Virus record (IMG/VR): IMGVR_UViG_3300045806_000179
Span: 859-64,858 of that record
Reading direction: 5' to 3' (one strand)
Source: a virus
Taxonomy: Duplodnaviria; Caudoviricetes
Length of the DNA stretch: 64,000 nt
This document shows, piece after piece, positions 1-9,131 of the stretch; within the stretch, counting starts at the first letter, position 1; each line of letters opens with the position of its first letter. The notes under the pieces were generated by a model that was given only the letters and a program-made list of their open reading frames with translations, was not told where the DNA came from and searched no databases. The position numbers were made by a program, and so were the translations under genes.

Positions 1-2
1 CC

Positions 3-431
3 GCCTGCCTGGTGATCGAGGGGTGCGCCGAAAATATCCCGGCGAATAGCTATTGGTTCTCGGTCGATGATGGAACGTTCAACAATCGCATCTACGGCCA
101 GGCTTATAGCGTAACGCAGCAATATGCGGTGTCCGTATTGGCCGGCAGTGTGACCCTTGCGGCTCCGCCCGTTGGCGGCGACCTGACGACGGGCAAGCGT
201 CGGCTGGCCATGAGCTGGAGGTCGGTTGGCGGCGTCTCTACCTATGACGGATCTGCCCCTGCGACATGGAGCACGGCCAATCCGACAGGGCTGACGGAAG
301 CGGGGCTTGGCAACACGCCCTTCGCCTCGACGCCATGGGTCGGATGGTTCTCGCAAATCATGATCTGCCCATCATGCACGGCGGCGCAGGTGCAGGCATT
401 CTCCACAGTAGGTGCAAATCTTCGACAGTGA
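3..431 (+). CDS. C-terminal part of a virion fibre/spike-like protein (possible lectin/LamG-like beta-sandwich), 5'-truncated by the window edge
   Basis: Frame open from position 3; Gly/Ser/Thr-rich beta-type sequence; may be the end of the ORF starting at 63738. Confidence 0.5.
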   Translation, partial: ACLVIEGCAENIPANSYWFSVDDGTFNNRIYGQAYSVTQQYAVSVLAGSVTLAAPPVGGDLTTGKRRLAMSWRSVGGVSTYDGSAPATWSTANPTGLTEAGLGNTPFASTPWVGWFSQIMICPSCTAAQVQAFSTVGANLRQ

Positions 432-474
432 GACCAAGAGCTGGAGTAGACCAGCAGTAACAGCGAGGTAAGGT

Positions 475-861
475 ATGAGGATCTCTACAGTCGTCTCTGC
501 GATGGCGCTCTGTCTTCTGACCGGTCAGGTCGAGGCCAGAACACACCACGGATATCACCACAGGGGGATTCATGCCAGATCTCACCACTACCACGATGGT
601 CGTCCTCGCGCATGGTGCGGATGGTACATGACCCAGCTAACCGGCATCCATGATCGGAAGCTTTGGATCGCTCGCAACTGGGCAAAAGTTGGAAGGCCAT
701 CACATGCAAAACCTGGCGTCATCGTCGTCTGGGTCCACCACGTCGGCAAAGCGCTGGCCGTGAAGGGCAATCGAATTTTGGTTCACTCAGGCAACGATGG
801 CAATGCGGTTCGCAATCGCTGGCGGTCCACTGCTGGTGTGATCGCGTTCAGAGAGATCTAG
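475..861 (+). CDS. Secreted CHAP/NlpC-P60-like small protein
   Basis: Signal peptide, His-rich linker, WCGWYM and IVVWVHHVG motifs (putative Cys-His dyad), SGN; strong RBS GAGGTAAGG. Confidence 0.6.
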   Translation: MRISTVVSAMALCLLTGQVEARTHHGYHHRGIHARSHHYHDGRPRAWCGWYMTQLTGIHDRKLWIARNWAKVGRPSHAKPGVIVVWVHHVGKALAVKGNRILVHSGNDGNAVRNRWRSTAGVIAFREI

Positions 862-863
862 CC

Positions 864-1100
864 ATGATTAAGTGGATCAATGACTACGTCAGGGCCAACA
901 AGAGGCTCATCGATGATGACATCACGAGACTCTGGTCAATCAGAGTTGCTCTATTCTGGGGCACTGTGTCGTTTCTCGTTGGGATCTGGTCCGCCTTCGA
1001 GGGAACTCTTCCGGTCTGGCTGTACTCCACCATGGGTGTTCTCATGAATGCATCAGTGATAGCAGCGCGTGCATTCAAACAGCCAGGAGCTGACGAATGA
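864..1100 (+). CDS. Holin
   Basis: 78 aa with two hydrophobic segments (RLWSIR... and ...ARAFKQ); overlaps endolysin start (ATGA). Confidence 0.75.
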   Translation: MIKWINDYVRANKRLIDDDITRLWSIRVALFWGTVSFLVGIWSAFEGTLPVWLYSTMGVLMNASVIAARAFKQPGADE

Positions 1101-1552
1101 TCCCGAAGCAGCACAGAAATAAGGCAGCAGCAATCGCGATCGTCGCTGTTCTCGCACCATCGTTCGAGGGTCTTCGCCACACGGTATATCGTGACTCTGT
1201 CGGAGTCCCGACGTACTGCATCGGAGAGACCAAGCACCCACGGTATGGTCATGTGTACTCCACGCAGGAGTGCACCTCGATCTTCGAGGGACGAATCGTC
1301 GAGTTCGCCAATGGCGTCGAGAACTGTACCACGGTCGACATGTCCCCAAAGCGCGAGGCTGCCATGATCGACCTCGCGTACAATATCGGTGTGCGAGGAT
1401 ACTGTCACTCCACCGTTGTTCGCAAGCTCAACGCTGGTGACGTTCGTGGTGCATGCGACGCACTTCTCGGATACAATCATGCCGGAGGTATCACATTCCC
1501 CGGTCTCACTCGCCGACGCGAGGCTGAGAGAAAGCTCTGTCTGGAGGAATAG
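1097..1552 (+). CDS. Endolysin, GH24 phage lysozyme (SAR-type N-terminus)
   Basis: FEG-x-YRDSVGVPTYCIGET catalytic E/D/T region, AYNIG, GLTRRREAE; hydrophobic Ala-rich N-terminus. Confidence 0.93.
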   Translation: MIPKQHRNKAAAIAIVAVLAPSFEGLRHTVYRDSVGVPTYCIGETKHPRYGHVYSTQECTSIFEGRIVEFANGVENCTTVDMSPKREAAMIDLAYNIGVRGYCHSTVVRKLNAGDVRGACDALLGYNHAGGITFPGLTRRREAERKLCLEE

Positions 1553-1554
1553 TC

Positions 1555-2022
1555 GTGTGGATCTTCTCTCTAAGAGCTGAGCTGGTCGAGTGGGGCACGT
1601 TCATCGTCATGATGATCTGTGTTGTAGCCGCAGTGCTGTCGTTCGTCTACGTTCCGATCATCGGTCGCTACATCTCGGCAGCAATCATGGTATTGTGCGG
1701 AGCTCTCGGAGCGTACGACCTAGGCTATGTGGCGCGCGGCGCTCTGGACCAGTCTGCGGCTATCCAGACACGTCTGGACATGGTAACTGAGGAGCTTGCC
1801 TCCACACAGCTAGTGGCAGAGAGTGCCGCCGTTCGCGATAAGATACGAGCTGACAATGAAGCAGCCATGCAGAGCAGGATTGATACCTATGAGGTTCAGC
1901 TATCAAAGACTCCTGCAGACAGTCGCTGCGCTCTCAGCGCTGACGATGTGCGCAGCCTGTCAGCAGTTACCCACTCCCGTCGAGGTCGTCCTTCCAGTGC
2001 CTCCGGCAGAGTTCGGCCGTGA
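1555..2022 (+). CDS. Rz-like inner-membrane spanin
   Basis: N-terminal TM segments, coiled coil, C-terminal Cys; follows endolysin; overlapped by a lipoprotein ORF. Confidence 0.7.
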   Translation: MWIFSLRAELVEWGTFIVMMICVVAAVLSFVYVPIIGRYISAAIMVLCGALGAYDLGYVARGALDQSAAIQTRLDMVTEELASTQLVAESAAVRDKIRADNEAAMQSRIDTYEVQLSKTPADSRCALSADDVRSLSAVTHSRRGRPSSASGRVRP

Positions 2023-2164
2023 GGAACCTGTTCCTCCTCCACGTGTCGGTGAGGATGCAAGATCCTATGCTGCGAGAACTCGAGGCGCGCTCATAACTGC
2101 AAACGATCGTCTGGTAAATGACTCCGCCTTCTATGCGGATGTGAGAAAGAACTTCTCTCGCTGA
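1889..2164 (+). CDS. Rz1-like outer-membrane spanin lipoprotein
   Basis: MRFSYQRLLQTVAALSALTMCAAC lipobox followed by Pro-rich stretch; overlaps Rz in another frame. Confidence 0.7.
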   Translation: MRFSYQRLLQTVAALSALTMCAACQQLPTPVEVVLPVPPAEFGREEPVPPPRVGEDARSYAARTRGALITANDRLVNDSAFYADVRKNFSR

Positions 2165-2174
2165 GGATGCAGTC

Positions 2175-2477
2175 ATGCCTGGAATACACAGATCGGAATC
2201 AGAGAGTATGGATGTCAGATTGGCCAGACTCGACGAGAAACTGGAACACATGATCAGGTCCCAGGAGGATGCTGGTCGCCACAGCAGAGACTCTCACGCA
2301 GCACTTCGTCGTGACATGTCATGTCTGAACGATCGTCTGCAGAAGGTAGAGGTTGCAGTACTGACAGCATCTGTCAGCTGGAAGGCTGTGATAAAGATGT
2401 CTGCAATAATCGGCGTTGTAATGGCTGCGTGCTATAAGCTTCTCACGCTCATGGGCGTCAGTATAATCATCAAGTAG
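2175..2477 (+). CDS. Coiled-coil plus C-terminal TM protein (XhlA-like or accessory holin)
   Basis: RLARLDEK coiled coil, C-terminal hydrophobic helix, RBS GAGGA. Confidence 0.5.
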   Translation: MPGIHRSESESMDVRLARLDEKLEHMIRSQEDAGRHSRDSHAALRRDMSCLNDRLQKVEVAVLTASVSWKAVIKMSAIIGVVMAACYKLLTLMGVSIIIK

Positions 2478-2487
2478 GGATTCGACA

Positions 2488-5400
2488 ATGGCTGACCGTG
2501 GTGATGGCGCTAAGAAGATCTCGCTGGACCCGGCTCTGCTGAACACTCAGCCCATGTCCATCTCTGGGCAGACAACTGCCTCCGGGTGGTTTGGCCCGCA
2601 GGCTCCGCTGGCTCCGCTGGCTCCTCCGCAGGTTGCCGGTCGTGTGTTCGATCTGGTCCCTGGCTACAACATTATCTCCAGACCTCGCCAGAATGAGGCG
2701 ATCAGTTTCGACCAGCTCCGCCAGCTGGCAGATGCCTACGACATCATGCGTCTCGTCATCGAGACGCGCAAGGACCAGATGGACCGCATCAAGTGGTCGT
2801 TTCGAGCGAAGAAGGGCAAGAAGGTCAGCGACGCACGGATTGCTGCAGTTGAGAAGTTCTTCGAGCGTCCCGACAGGGAGCACAACTTCAACCAGTGGCT
2901 CCGCATGCTCATGGAGGACCTTCTGGTTCTCGATGCACCGACGCTCTGGAAGCAGCGTACTCGTGGCGGCGACCTCTACGCTCTTCGTCCACTGGACGGT
3001 GGCACGATCAAGCGAGTCATCGACGACTGGGGGAGGACTCCTGCATCACCTCTTCCTGCGTATCAGCAGTGTCTGAAGGGGTATCCTGCTGTCGACTACA
3101 CTGTTGACGACCTGGTCTATGCTCCGAGGAACATTCGCACCAATCGTGTGTACGGATACTCCCCGGTCGAGCAGATCATCATACTCGTCAACATTGCTCT
3201 TCGTCGTGAGCTCGGGACGATGGAGTACTACACAGAGGGAAACGTTCCTGCTGCTCTCTGTGGTGTCCCTGATGCGTGGACACCAGACCAGATTAAGGCA
3301 TTCCAGGACTACTGGGATCTCTACTTCACTGGAGACACAGCTCGCAGACGGAAGATGAAGTTTGTCCCCGGTGGCGTTGCAAAGACGTTCGTTCCGACGA
3401 AGGAGCCTGAGCTAAAGAATGTATTCGACGAGTGGCTGGCCAAGGTAGTCTGCTATGCGTTCTCTGTCTCGTCCCAGCCATTCGTCAGTCAGGTTAATCG
3501 CGCTACTGCGAACTCCCAGAAGGAGATGGCGGAGGAGGAGGGCCTCGTTCCGATCCTTGAGTGGGTGGTTGGACTCATCAACCCGATCATTGCTCTCGAT
3601 CTCGGTGAACCTGACGTAGAGATCGCTGTCGGCGGAGACGAGCAGATTGCTCCAGAGGTTGAGGCCACTATCCTCAACTCCTACACTGGTAATGCTGTCA
3701 TGACTCGTAACGAGGCTCGTGAGAAGCTTGGTCTCGATCCCTCTACTGTTCCTGAGGCTGATGAGCTTGGGTTCACGACCCCAACTGGCTTCGTCTATCT
3801 GGATGAGACCAAGAAGCCAGAGCCTCCTGAGCCTGATCCTGTACTGATGCCGGGTCAGCCGAAGCCAGTGAAGACTCTAGGTACAGCAAAGAAGCCAGCG
3901 ACCTCTGCTGTCAAGAAGCCGACTGACCAGCCTAAGAAGAAAGTCGAGAAACTCGATGATCTCTTCGACTTATCGAAGAATGACACGAGGGGCGAGGCTC
4001 GCGACTCTAATGGTAGATTCACCTCGTCTGGTGGACCCACTACTCGCGAGCGTGCTAAGGCTGAGCGTCAGAGACACATGACTGAGGACGAGAAGGCCCG
4101 TGATAACATGGGTCAGTTCAAGACGGCCAAGTTCGACAAGCATCGTCTGCAGAAGATCGGCAGCACGGTGGTCGCAAAACTGTCTGTTGCTGCAGCAATG
4201 GCTGGTGTGTCTGTGCTGTCTGGTAAGTACAAGGGTGCATCGGTAATCCTGAGTGCTGTCGAGAAGACAGCTGCAGCCATGTGTGCCGCACTACTGGTAT
4301 CGTCTGCAGACACCACCATCTCAACTGGTATTCGAATGATGGGTGTGGATGCTGAGTTCGCCAATAAGGCTGCTCGGATCGTCCGTAAGTCCATCAAGCT
4401 GGCCATGGACGAGATGGAGACTGCTGTTGACGCTGTCAGTGGCGCAAAGACAGAGAAGATGATGAAGTTCGACGAGGTCGCGGAGTTCTCCGAGGATGAT
4501 CTCGACAAGATCTTCAGGATCTCTCGCTATCTTCTTCCCATCTACGCTGAGAAGTTCGCGAGCTCAGTTATCACTGGACTTGAGGCTGACGGTATGGACT
4601 CGGACAAGGTGTCCACCATCGACAGTTCGATGGACGAGGCTGTCACCAAGTTCAAGACGGCTGTCAAGTCACTTCACAAGAGTGATGAGACGGACGATCT
4701 TCGTAAGGGCTACAGGCAACTACAGCCTCTCACTATGGATAGAGTTGCTGTCAGGAAGTCTAAGGTAGCAGCTTTTAAGACCGTTTCTAGGGCTCTAGGG
4801 AGGGCCGGAAAGTTAGCCGCTACCCTACTAGCGGGCGCGCTACCTGATAGCCTCCAGCGAGTCTCCAAGGCCTCTGGAGACGACTCAGATACGCCCGACA
4901 GTATAGCCGGACGCCTCGACCTAAGTGCCATAGACGAGATGGTCCTCTCTCTTGGGGAAGATCTCGGAATTGCTGCCTCCGACGCTGCTCACCGTGCTCT
5001 GGTCCAGATTGGTCCTGACTCGTCCAGTGATCTGGTTGGACAGGCCTCTGCCAATGCTGCCGAGTGGGCTCGCCAGCACGCAGCTGAGATGGTCGGAAAG
5101 AAGTTCGACAGCAATGGTGACATTGTTGACGATCCCAGGGCTGCGTACAGCATCACGGAGTCGACTCGGAGCATGGTCAAGGACGTGATCGTCCAGGGCA
5201 TTGAGAGCGGTGACTCAGCTGAGGACATCGTCTCTCGTGTCCAGGAGGTTGGGTTTAGTAGGGAACGTGCTGAGGAGATCGTCGAGGCCGAGGTTGGTAA
5301 TGCGAACAGTGCTGGAACTCTTGAGGGCTACAAGGTCGCTAAGAGCGCTGGTGTTGACGTCAAGAAGGGTTGGCTCACCGTTGGTGACGAGCGCGTGGAC

Positions 5401-6210
5401 GATGACATCTGTGGACCTAACGAGGATCAGGGACCGATTCCACTAGACCAGCCGTTCCAGAGCGGTCACATGCATCCTCTGGGGCACCCACACTGCAGAT
5501 GCTCGCTGCTGGCCTACGTTGGGTCTGAGGACGCTCCAACTGAAGAAGAATCTGCAGAGAAGATGCTGAAGGGTTTCAATGAGACAGAGCATCCTCGAGG
5601 ATCAGATGGTAAGTTCACCACTGGCGATAGCTCTGGCTCAGCAGCAACTATCGTGGCCGGTGCTGTAACTGTTGCTGGTCTTGCAGCTGCGGCGTACTTT
5701 GGAAGGGGGGTCATTGGGAAGATCGCTGGTCCTATTCTCGGGAACAGAGCCAGTGGTGTCACTGAGATCGCGCAGAATACTTTTAAGAAAAGTGGAATAA
5801 CTGCAAAGTTCTTCGCTCTCACCAAGGACAATGTCAGGGATGTGCTGTCCGGCCCATTCGCTGGACTAGATCTTGCTGCGAAGAATACACTGAAGAGTGT
5901 AGGGGGAAAACTCGTACATATCTCAGACTCGAAGACCGGAGACACCACGGCCTTCATCTTCGGTAATATATCCTCCTCCGGAGATCACTTCAAGATTCAC
6001 TGGATACTGCCAGGTAATCTGGCCACAGTGAAGACCATCGAGGATGGGGTTGGACAACTTGGTACGAAGAATGTTGTCGCTCTGAGGGATATTCTGGCAG
6101 AGAAGTTTCCATCACTCAAGTCCATATCTGGCTACAGGATCTCTGGAGCCAGAACTGGTCATGCTGAGAATGTCACTGTCAGGGTACGCCGAAAATCGGA
6201 TACAGCATAA
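2488..6210 (+). CDS. Portal protein fused to MuF (Mu gpF/SPP1 gp7-like) head morphogenesis domain with inserted cargo segments
   Basis: N-terminal ~450 aa portal (YGYSPVEQI, GNVP, TRNEAREKLGLDP); MuF signature KKGWLT..DERV..C..N..HPLGHPHCRCSL; extra segments at ~3976-4700 and 5569-6210. Confidence 0.88.
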   Translation: MADRGDGAKKISLDPALLNTQPMSISGQTTASGWFGPQAPLAPLAPPQVAGRVFDLVPGYNIISRPRQNEAISFDQLRQLADAYDIMRLVIETRKDQMDRIKWSFRAKKGKKVSDARIAAVEKFFERPDREHNFNQWLRMLMEDLLVLDAPTLWKQRTRGGDLYALRPLDGGTIKRVIDDWGRTPASPLPAYQQCLKGYPAVDYTVDDLVYAPRNIRTNRVYGYSPVEQIIILVNIALRRELGTMEYYTEGNVPAALCGVPDAWTPDQIKAFQDYWDLYFTGDTARRRKMKFVPGGVAKTFVPTKEPELKNVFDEWLAKVVCYAFSVSSQPFVSQVNRATANSQKEMAEEEGLVPILEWVVGLINPIIALDLGEPDVEIAVGGDEQIAPEVEATILNSYTGNAVMTRNEAREKLGLDPSTVPEADELGFTTPTGFVYLDETKKPEPPEPDPVLMPGQPKPVKTLGTAKKPATSAVKKPTDQPKKKVEKLDDLFDLSKNDTRGEARDSNGRFTSSGGPTTRERAKAERQRHMTEDEKARDNMGQFKTAKFDKHRLQKIGSTVVAKLSVAAAMAGVSVLSGKYKGASVILSAVEKTAAAMCAALLVSSADTTISTGIRMMGVDAEFANKAARIVRKSIKLAMDEMETAVDAVSGAKTEKMMKFDEVAEFSEDDLDKIFRISRYLLPIYAEKFASSVITGLEADGMDSDKVSTIDSSMDEAVTKFKTAVKSLHKSDETDDLRKGYRQLQPLTMDRVAVRKSKVAAFKTVSRALGRAGKLAATLLAGALPDSLQRVSKASGDDSDTPDSIAGRLDLSAIDEMVLSLGEDLGIAASDAAHRALVQIGPDSSSDLVGQASANAAEWARQHAAEMVGKKFDSNGDIVDDPRAAYSITESTRSMVKDVIVQGIESGDSAEDIVSRVQEVGFSRERAEEIVEAEVGNANSAGTLEGYKVAKSAGVDVKKGWLTVGDERVDDDICGPNEDQGPIPLDQPFQSGHMHPLGHPHCRCSLLAYVGSEDAPTEEESAEKMLKGFNETEHPRGSDGKFTTGDSSGSAATIVAGAVTVAGLAAAAYFGRGVIGKIAGPILGNRASGVTEIAQNTFKKSGITAKFFALTKDNVRDVLSGPFAGLDLAAKNTLKSVGGKLVHISDSKTGDTTAFIFGNISSSGDHFKIHWILPGNLATVKTIEDGVGQLGTKNVVALRDILAEKFPSLKSISGYRISGARTGHAENVTVRVRRKSDTA

Positions 6211-6267
6211 GAGTGTAACATGTTGAGCCTCTCCAGAATGGCTACATGCACACAGGAGAGATATAAG

Positions 6268-9087
6268 ATGACTGATCTTAGTATGTTCATTCCACTGACG
6301 AAGGTGGACGAGGAGAAGCGCCTCGTCTACGGCATCGCCACGGCGGAGACTCCCGATCGTGCTGGCGAGATCTGCGACTATGCGTCGACAGTTCCTCACT
6401 ACAAGGCATGGTCCGGTGAGTTCGAGAAGATCACTGACGGAAAGAGTATGGGCAACATTCGTGCGATGCACGGAAAGGTTGCCGTCGGTAAGGCTGTCAG
6501 TATCGACTACGACGACGAGAATAAGCGCATCATGCTCTGCGCCAAGATCATCGACGACAACGAGTGGCAGAAGGTCGTCAATGGTGTGTACACTGGCTTC
6601 TCTCAGGGCGGCTCGTACGTCAAGCGCTGGGAGGATCCCACTGACTCGACGAAGAAGCGATATACTGCAAAGCCGACGGAGATCTCTCTCGTCGATATGC
6701 CGTGCCTACCGACCGCGACCTTTGAGTATATCAAGGCTCACGGTGAGACGGAGATGCGAAAGTTCCAGGAAGTCGACGACATCACGGAAGACCAGGTTGA
6801 TCTCATTGATGCTACCGAGATGTTCTCCGTACTCAAGACCGGAGTTCCGGACCACTGGATCGATTTTGTCGACGACGCTGCTGACGCTCTGACCAAGTAC
6901 AGCGACAAGCAGCAGCGTGACGGAAATGGTCGCTGGGCTGCAATCGGTTCTGCAGTTGTCGCTGCGGCTGGCGGTGCCGCCGGTGGTGCCCTCACTGGAG
7001 GCATGATTGGTGGTGTCCACGGAGCACTTGCTGGTGCTGTAGTCGGTGCGGTGACTCAGGCCCATCGGAGCGTCACTCAGGATCCCTCCTCGAGAACTGC
7101 GAGAGCATCAAGCTTTCTTGGTGGTGCTATTGTTGGTATTCCGGCAGGTGTCATTGGGGGGGCAGCCGGTGCTCTGACAACAGGTGCCGGTAAGGCAGTT
7201 GCCGCCTTCGCTAAACCACACATGGATGCGGCTACTGCAGCAGGTAAGCAAGCAAGAGCTGCTACCGTAAACGAGATCAATACTGCCGACGCTGCGTTCC
7301 ACAGTACACCGGAAGCTCAGCGTAAGGCTGCCGAGGATCTCTTCCAGAACTGGTACTCGTCTCGCTACAAGAAGATGGATGGAGTCGATCTTGATCTCCG
7401 CAAGTCGGTATGGGACGAACTTGGTTCTATCCACACCTGTACCAAGTTCGTCTTCGTAACTGCGGATATGGTCAAGTCTCTCGACCCGACCCTCACGGAC
7501 GACAATGCTGTCGATCTTGTTCTGGACGAGCTGGAGAAGTACAGTGACAGCGAGTCTCGCGACAGCAAGGGCGAGTGGACCTCCGGATCGGGAATCGTCG
7601 GTCGAACTGTTCGCGGTGCTATAGCTGGTGCGACCTCCAGTGCTATCGGTGCAATTCCAGGAGCTGCTCTCGCCACGATAGCTGGAGGACCAGCTGCTGG
7701 TGCTGCGTTCGCGCTGAAGGAGGTCGCAACTGGGGCAATTGTCGGTGGTGCTACTGGAACTGTGTCCAGCAGTAAGAACGTCGAGAGTAATGCAAAGACA
7801 GCCGTTCAAGCTGTCGGGATGGCACAGAGTGCTGTGTCTGGCTATAGGGCAGTTCGCTCGTTTGTCGGTGATCCAGCGTCTCGAGCGAAGACTATTCAGT
7901 CTGTTCGAGACGCTATCAGTGCAGTTCCAAAGACTATTCGCGCAGCCCAATCTGTTGGCAGGGCCGCAGTGTCCGTACTTACTGCGGCGGACTCTGCTGT
8001 CGGTCGTGCATCCCAGGGAATTGTGGACGGCATAGCGAGTGTCGCAAGCAAGACCACTCGATACGGAAAGATTGACCAGGTTGCTGGTCATCTGATTGAG
8101 CTCGAGAAGATGGGGGTCAACATCGCGGAGATCGTGTCTGCAATTCAAGAGGAAGATTCAATGTCGGATATCACCAATCAGCAGATCTGTGATCAGGCTG
8201 AGAAGATGGCCAAGGATGCCGCAGATGGCTCCGTCTGGTCCTCCCACATCACTGCAGCTCGAGAGGCTCTCGAGAAGGCCGCGCCGGACGCTACCCTCAC
8301 CCCTCCCCTCGAGGTGATCCGTCCAGTTTTTGAGAAGGTTGACGCTCCTGTCGTCAGTCCTCTCGAGGCTGCTCTGGCCAAGGTCGACGCGATCGTCAAT
8401 CCGGTGGTCCTCACTGACGCTCAGCTGGCTCGAGTCGAGCTGAAGAAGTATATGGGCGAGGAAGTCTACGACGCGCAGTCGGCGATGAGCGCTCTGTCGG
8501 CCATCATGAGCATCTATCGCGGAGAGGTTGGAGAGAAGGAGATCAATGACGGTCAGTGCGCGGATCTCGAGACTGCCATCGACAAGATCAAGTCGTTCAT
8601 CGCCTCCGAGATCATGGAGGACAATTCTCCAGACATGATGCAGATGTCAGCTCGGATGGGGGATCTTGCCAAGAGTGGTGCCCGAAACAGTGCGTCTGAT
8701 AAGACGCATCTGAATGCCATCCACGATCACTGTGTCAGCCTCGGCTGTGACTGTGGAGCAGAGAAGACCGTGGTCACTGACGATCTGGCCAAGGCTCTCA
8801 AGTACGATGCTCTCGTGGAGTCGATGGAGAAGATGGTCCCGCGTGTCGAGGCCATGGGAGAGCTGCTGAAGTCCCAGTCGGAGGAGCTCGCTGCTCTGAA
8901 GGCTCAGCCAGTTCCTCCCCCGGTCCTCCGGGTCATGAACAAGGGCGGTGACGTGGTCTTTGCGAAGGATGAGGCCCCTGTCACCGAGATCAACGATGCC
9001 TTCAAGAAGCTCACTCCCGAGCAGCAGGCTGACATCATGATCAAGATTGCTCAGCAGAATCCCCTGTCCGTGATCAATCGCGGCTGA
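6268..9087 (+). CDS. Prohead protease (XkdF/S78-like) - scaffold polyprotein with two glycine-zipper inserts
   Basis: KVDEEKRLVYG..PDRAGE..IRAMHG..YTGFSQGG..EISLVD protease motifs; acidic helical C-terminus; lies between portal and capsid; RBS AGGAG before ATG 6268. Confidence 0.85.
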   Translation: MTDLSMFIPLTKVDEEKRLVYGIATAETPDRAGEICDYASTVPHYKAWSGEFEKITDGKSMGNIRAMHGKVAVGKAVSIDYDDENKRIMLCAKIIDDNEWQKVVNGVYTGFSQGGSYVKRWEDPTDSTKKRYTAKPTEISLVDMPCLPTATFEYIKAHGETEMRKFQEVDDITEDQVDLIDATEMFSVLKTGVPDHWIDFVDDAADALTKYSDKQQRDGNGRWAAIGSAVVAAAGGAAGGALTGGMIGGVHGALAGAVVGAVTQAHRSVTQDPSSRTARASSFLGGAIVGIPAGVIGGAAGALTTGAGKAVAAFAKPHMDAATAAGKQARAATVNEINTADAAFHSTPEAQRKAAEDLFQNWYSSRYKKMDGVDLDLRKSVWDELGSIHTCTKFVFVTADMVKSLDPTLTDDNAVDLVLDELEKYSDSESRDSKGEWTSGSGIVGRTVRGAIAGATSSAIGAIPGAALATIAGGPAAGAAFALKEVATGAIVGGATGTVSSSKNVESNAKTAVQAVGMAQSAVSGYRAVRSFVGDPASRAKTIQSVRDAISAVPKTIRAAQSVGRAAVSVLTAADSAVGRASQGIVDGIASVASKTTRYGKIDQVAGHLIELEKMGVNIAEIVSAIQEEDSMSDITNQQICDQAEKMAKDAADGSVWSSHITAAREALEKAAPDATLTPPLEVIRPVFEKVDAPVVSPLEAALAKVDAIVNPVVLTDAQLARVELKKYMGEEVYDAQSAMSALSAIMSIYRGEVGEKEINDGQCADLETAIDKIKSFIASEIMEDNSPDMMQMSARMGDLAKSGARNSASDKTHLNAIHDHCVSLGCDCGAEKTVVTDDLAKALKYDALVESMEKMVPRVEAMGELLKSQSEELAALKAQPVPPPVLRVMNKGGDVVFAKDEAPVTEINDAFKKLTPEQQADIMIKIAQQNPLSVINRG

Positions 9088-9131
9088 TTACCGTTACCGC
9101 AACTAGTCATCTCATACCAAGAGAGTACAAC

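Noticed and set aside
7108-8148. Long antisense ORFs (346 aa here; others opposite terL, the kinase and the fibre genes)
   Set aside because: Shadow frames of biased-codon genes with no motifs or RBS
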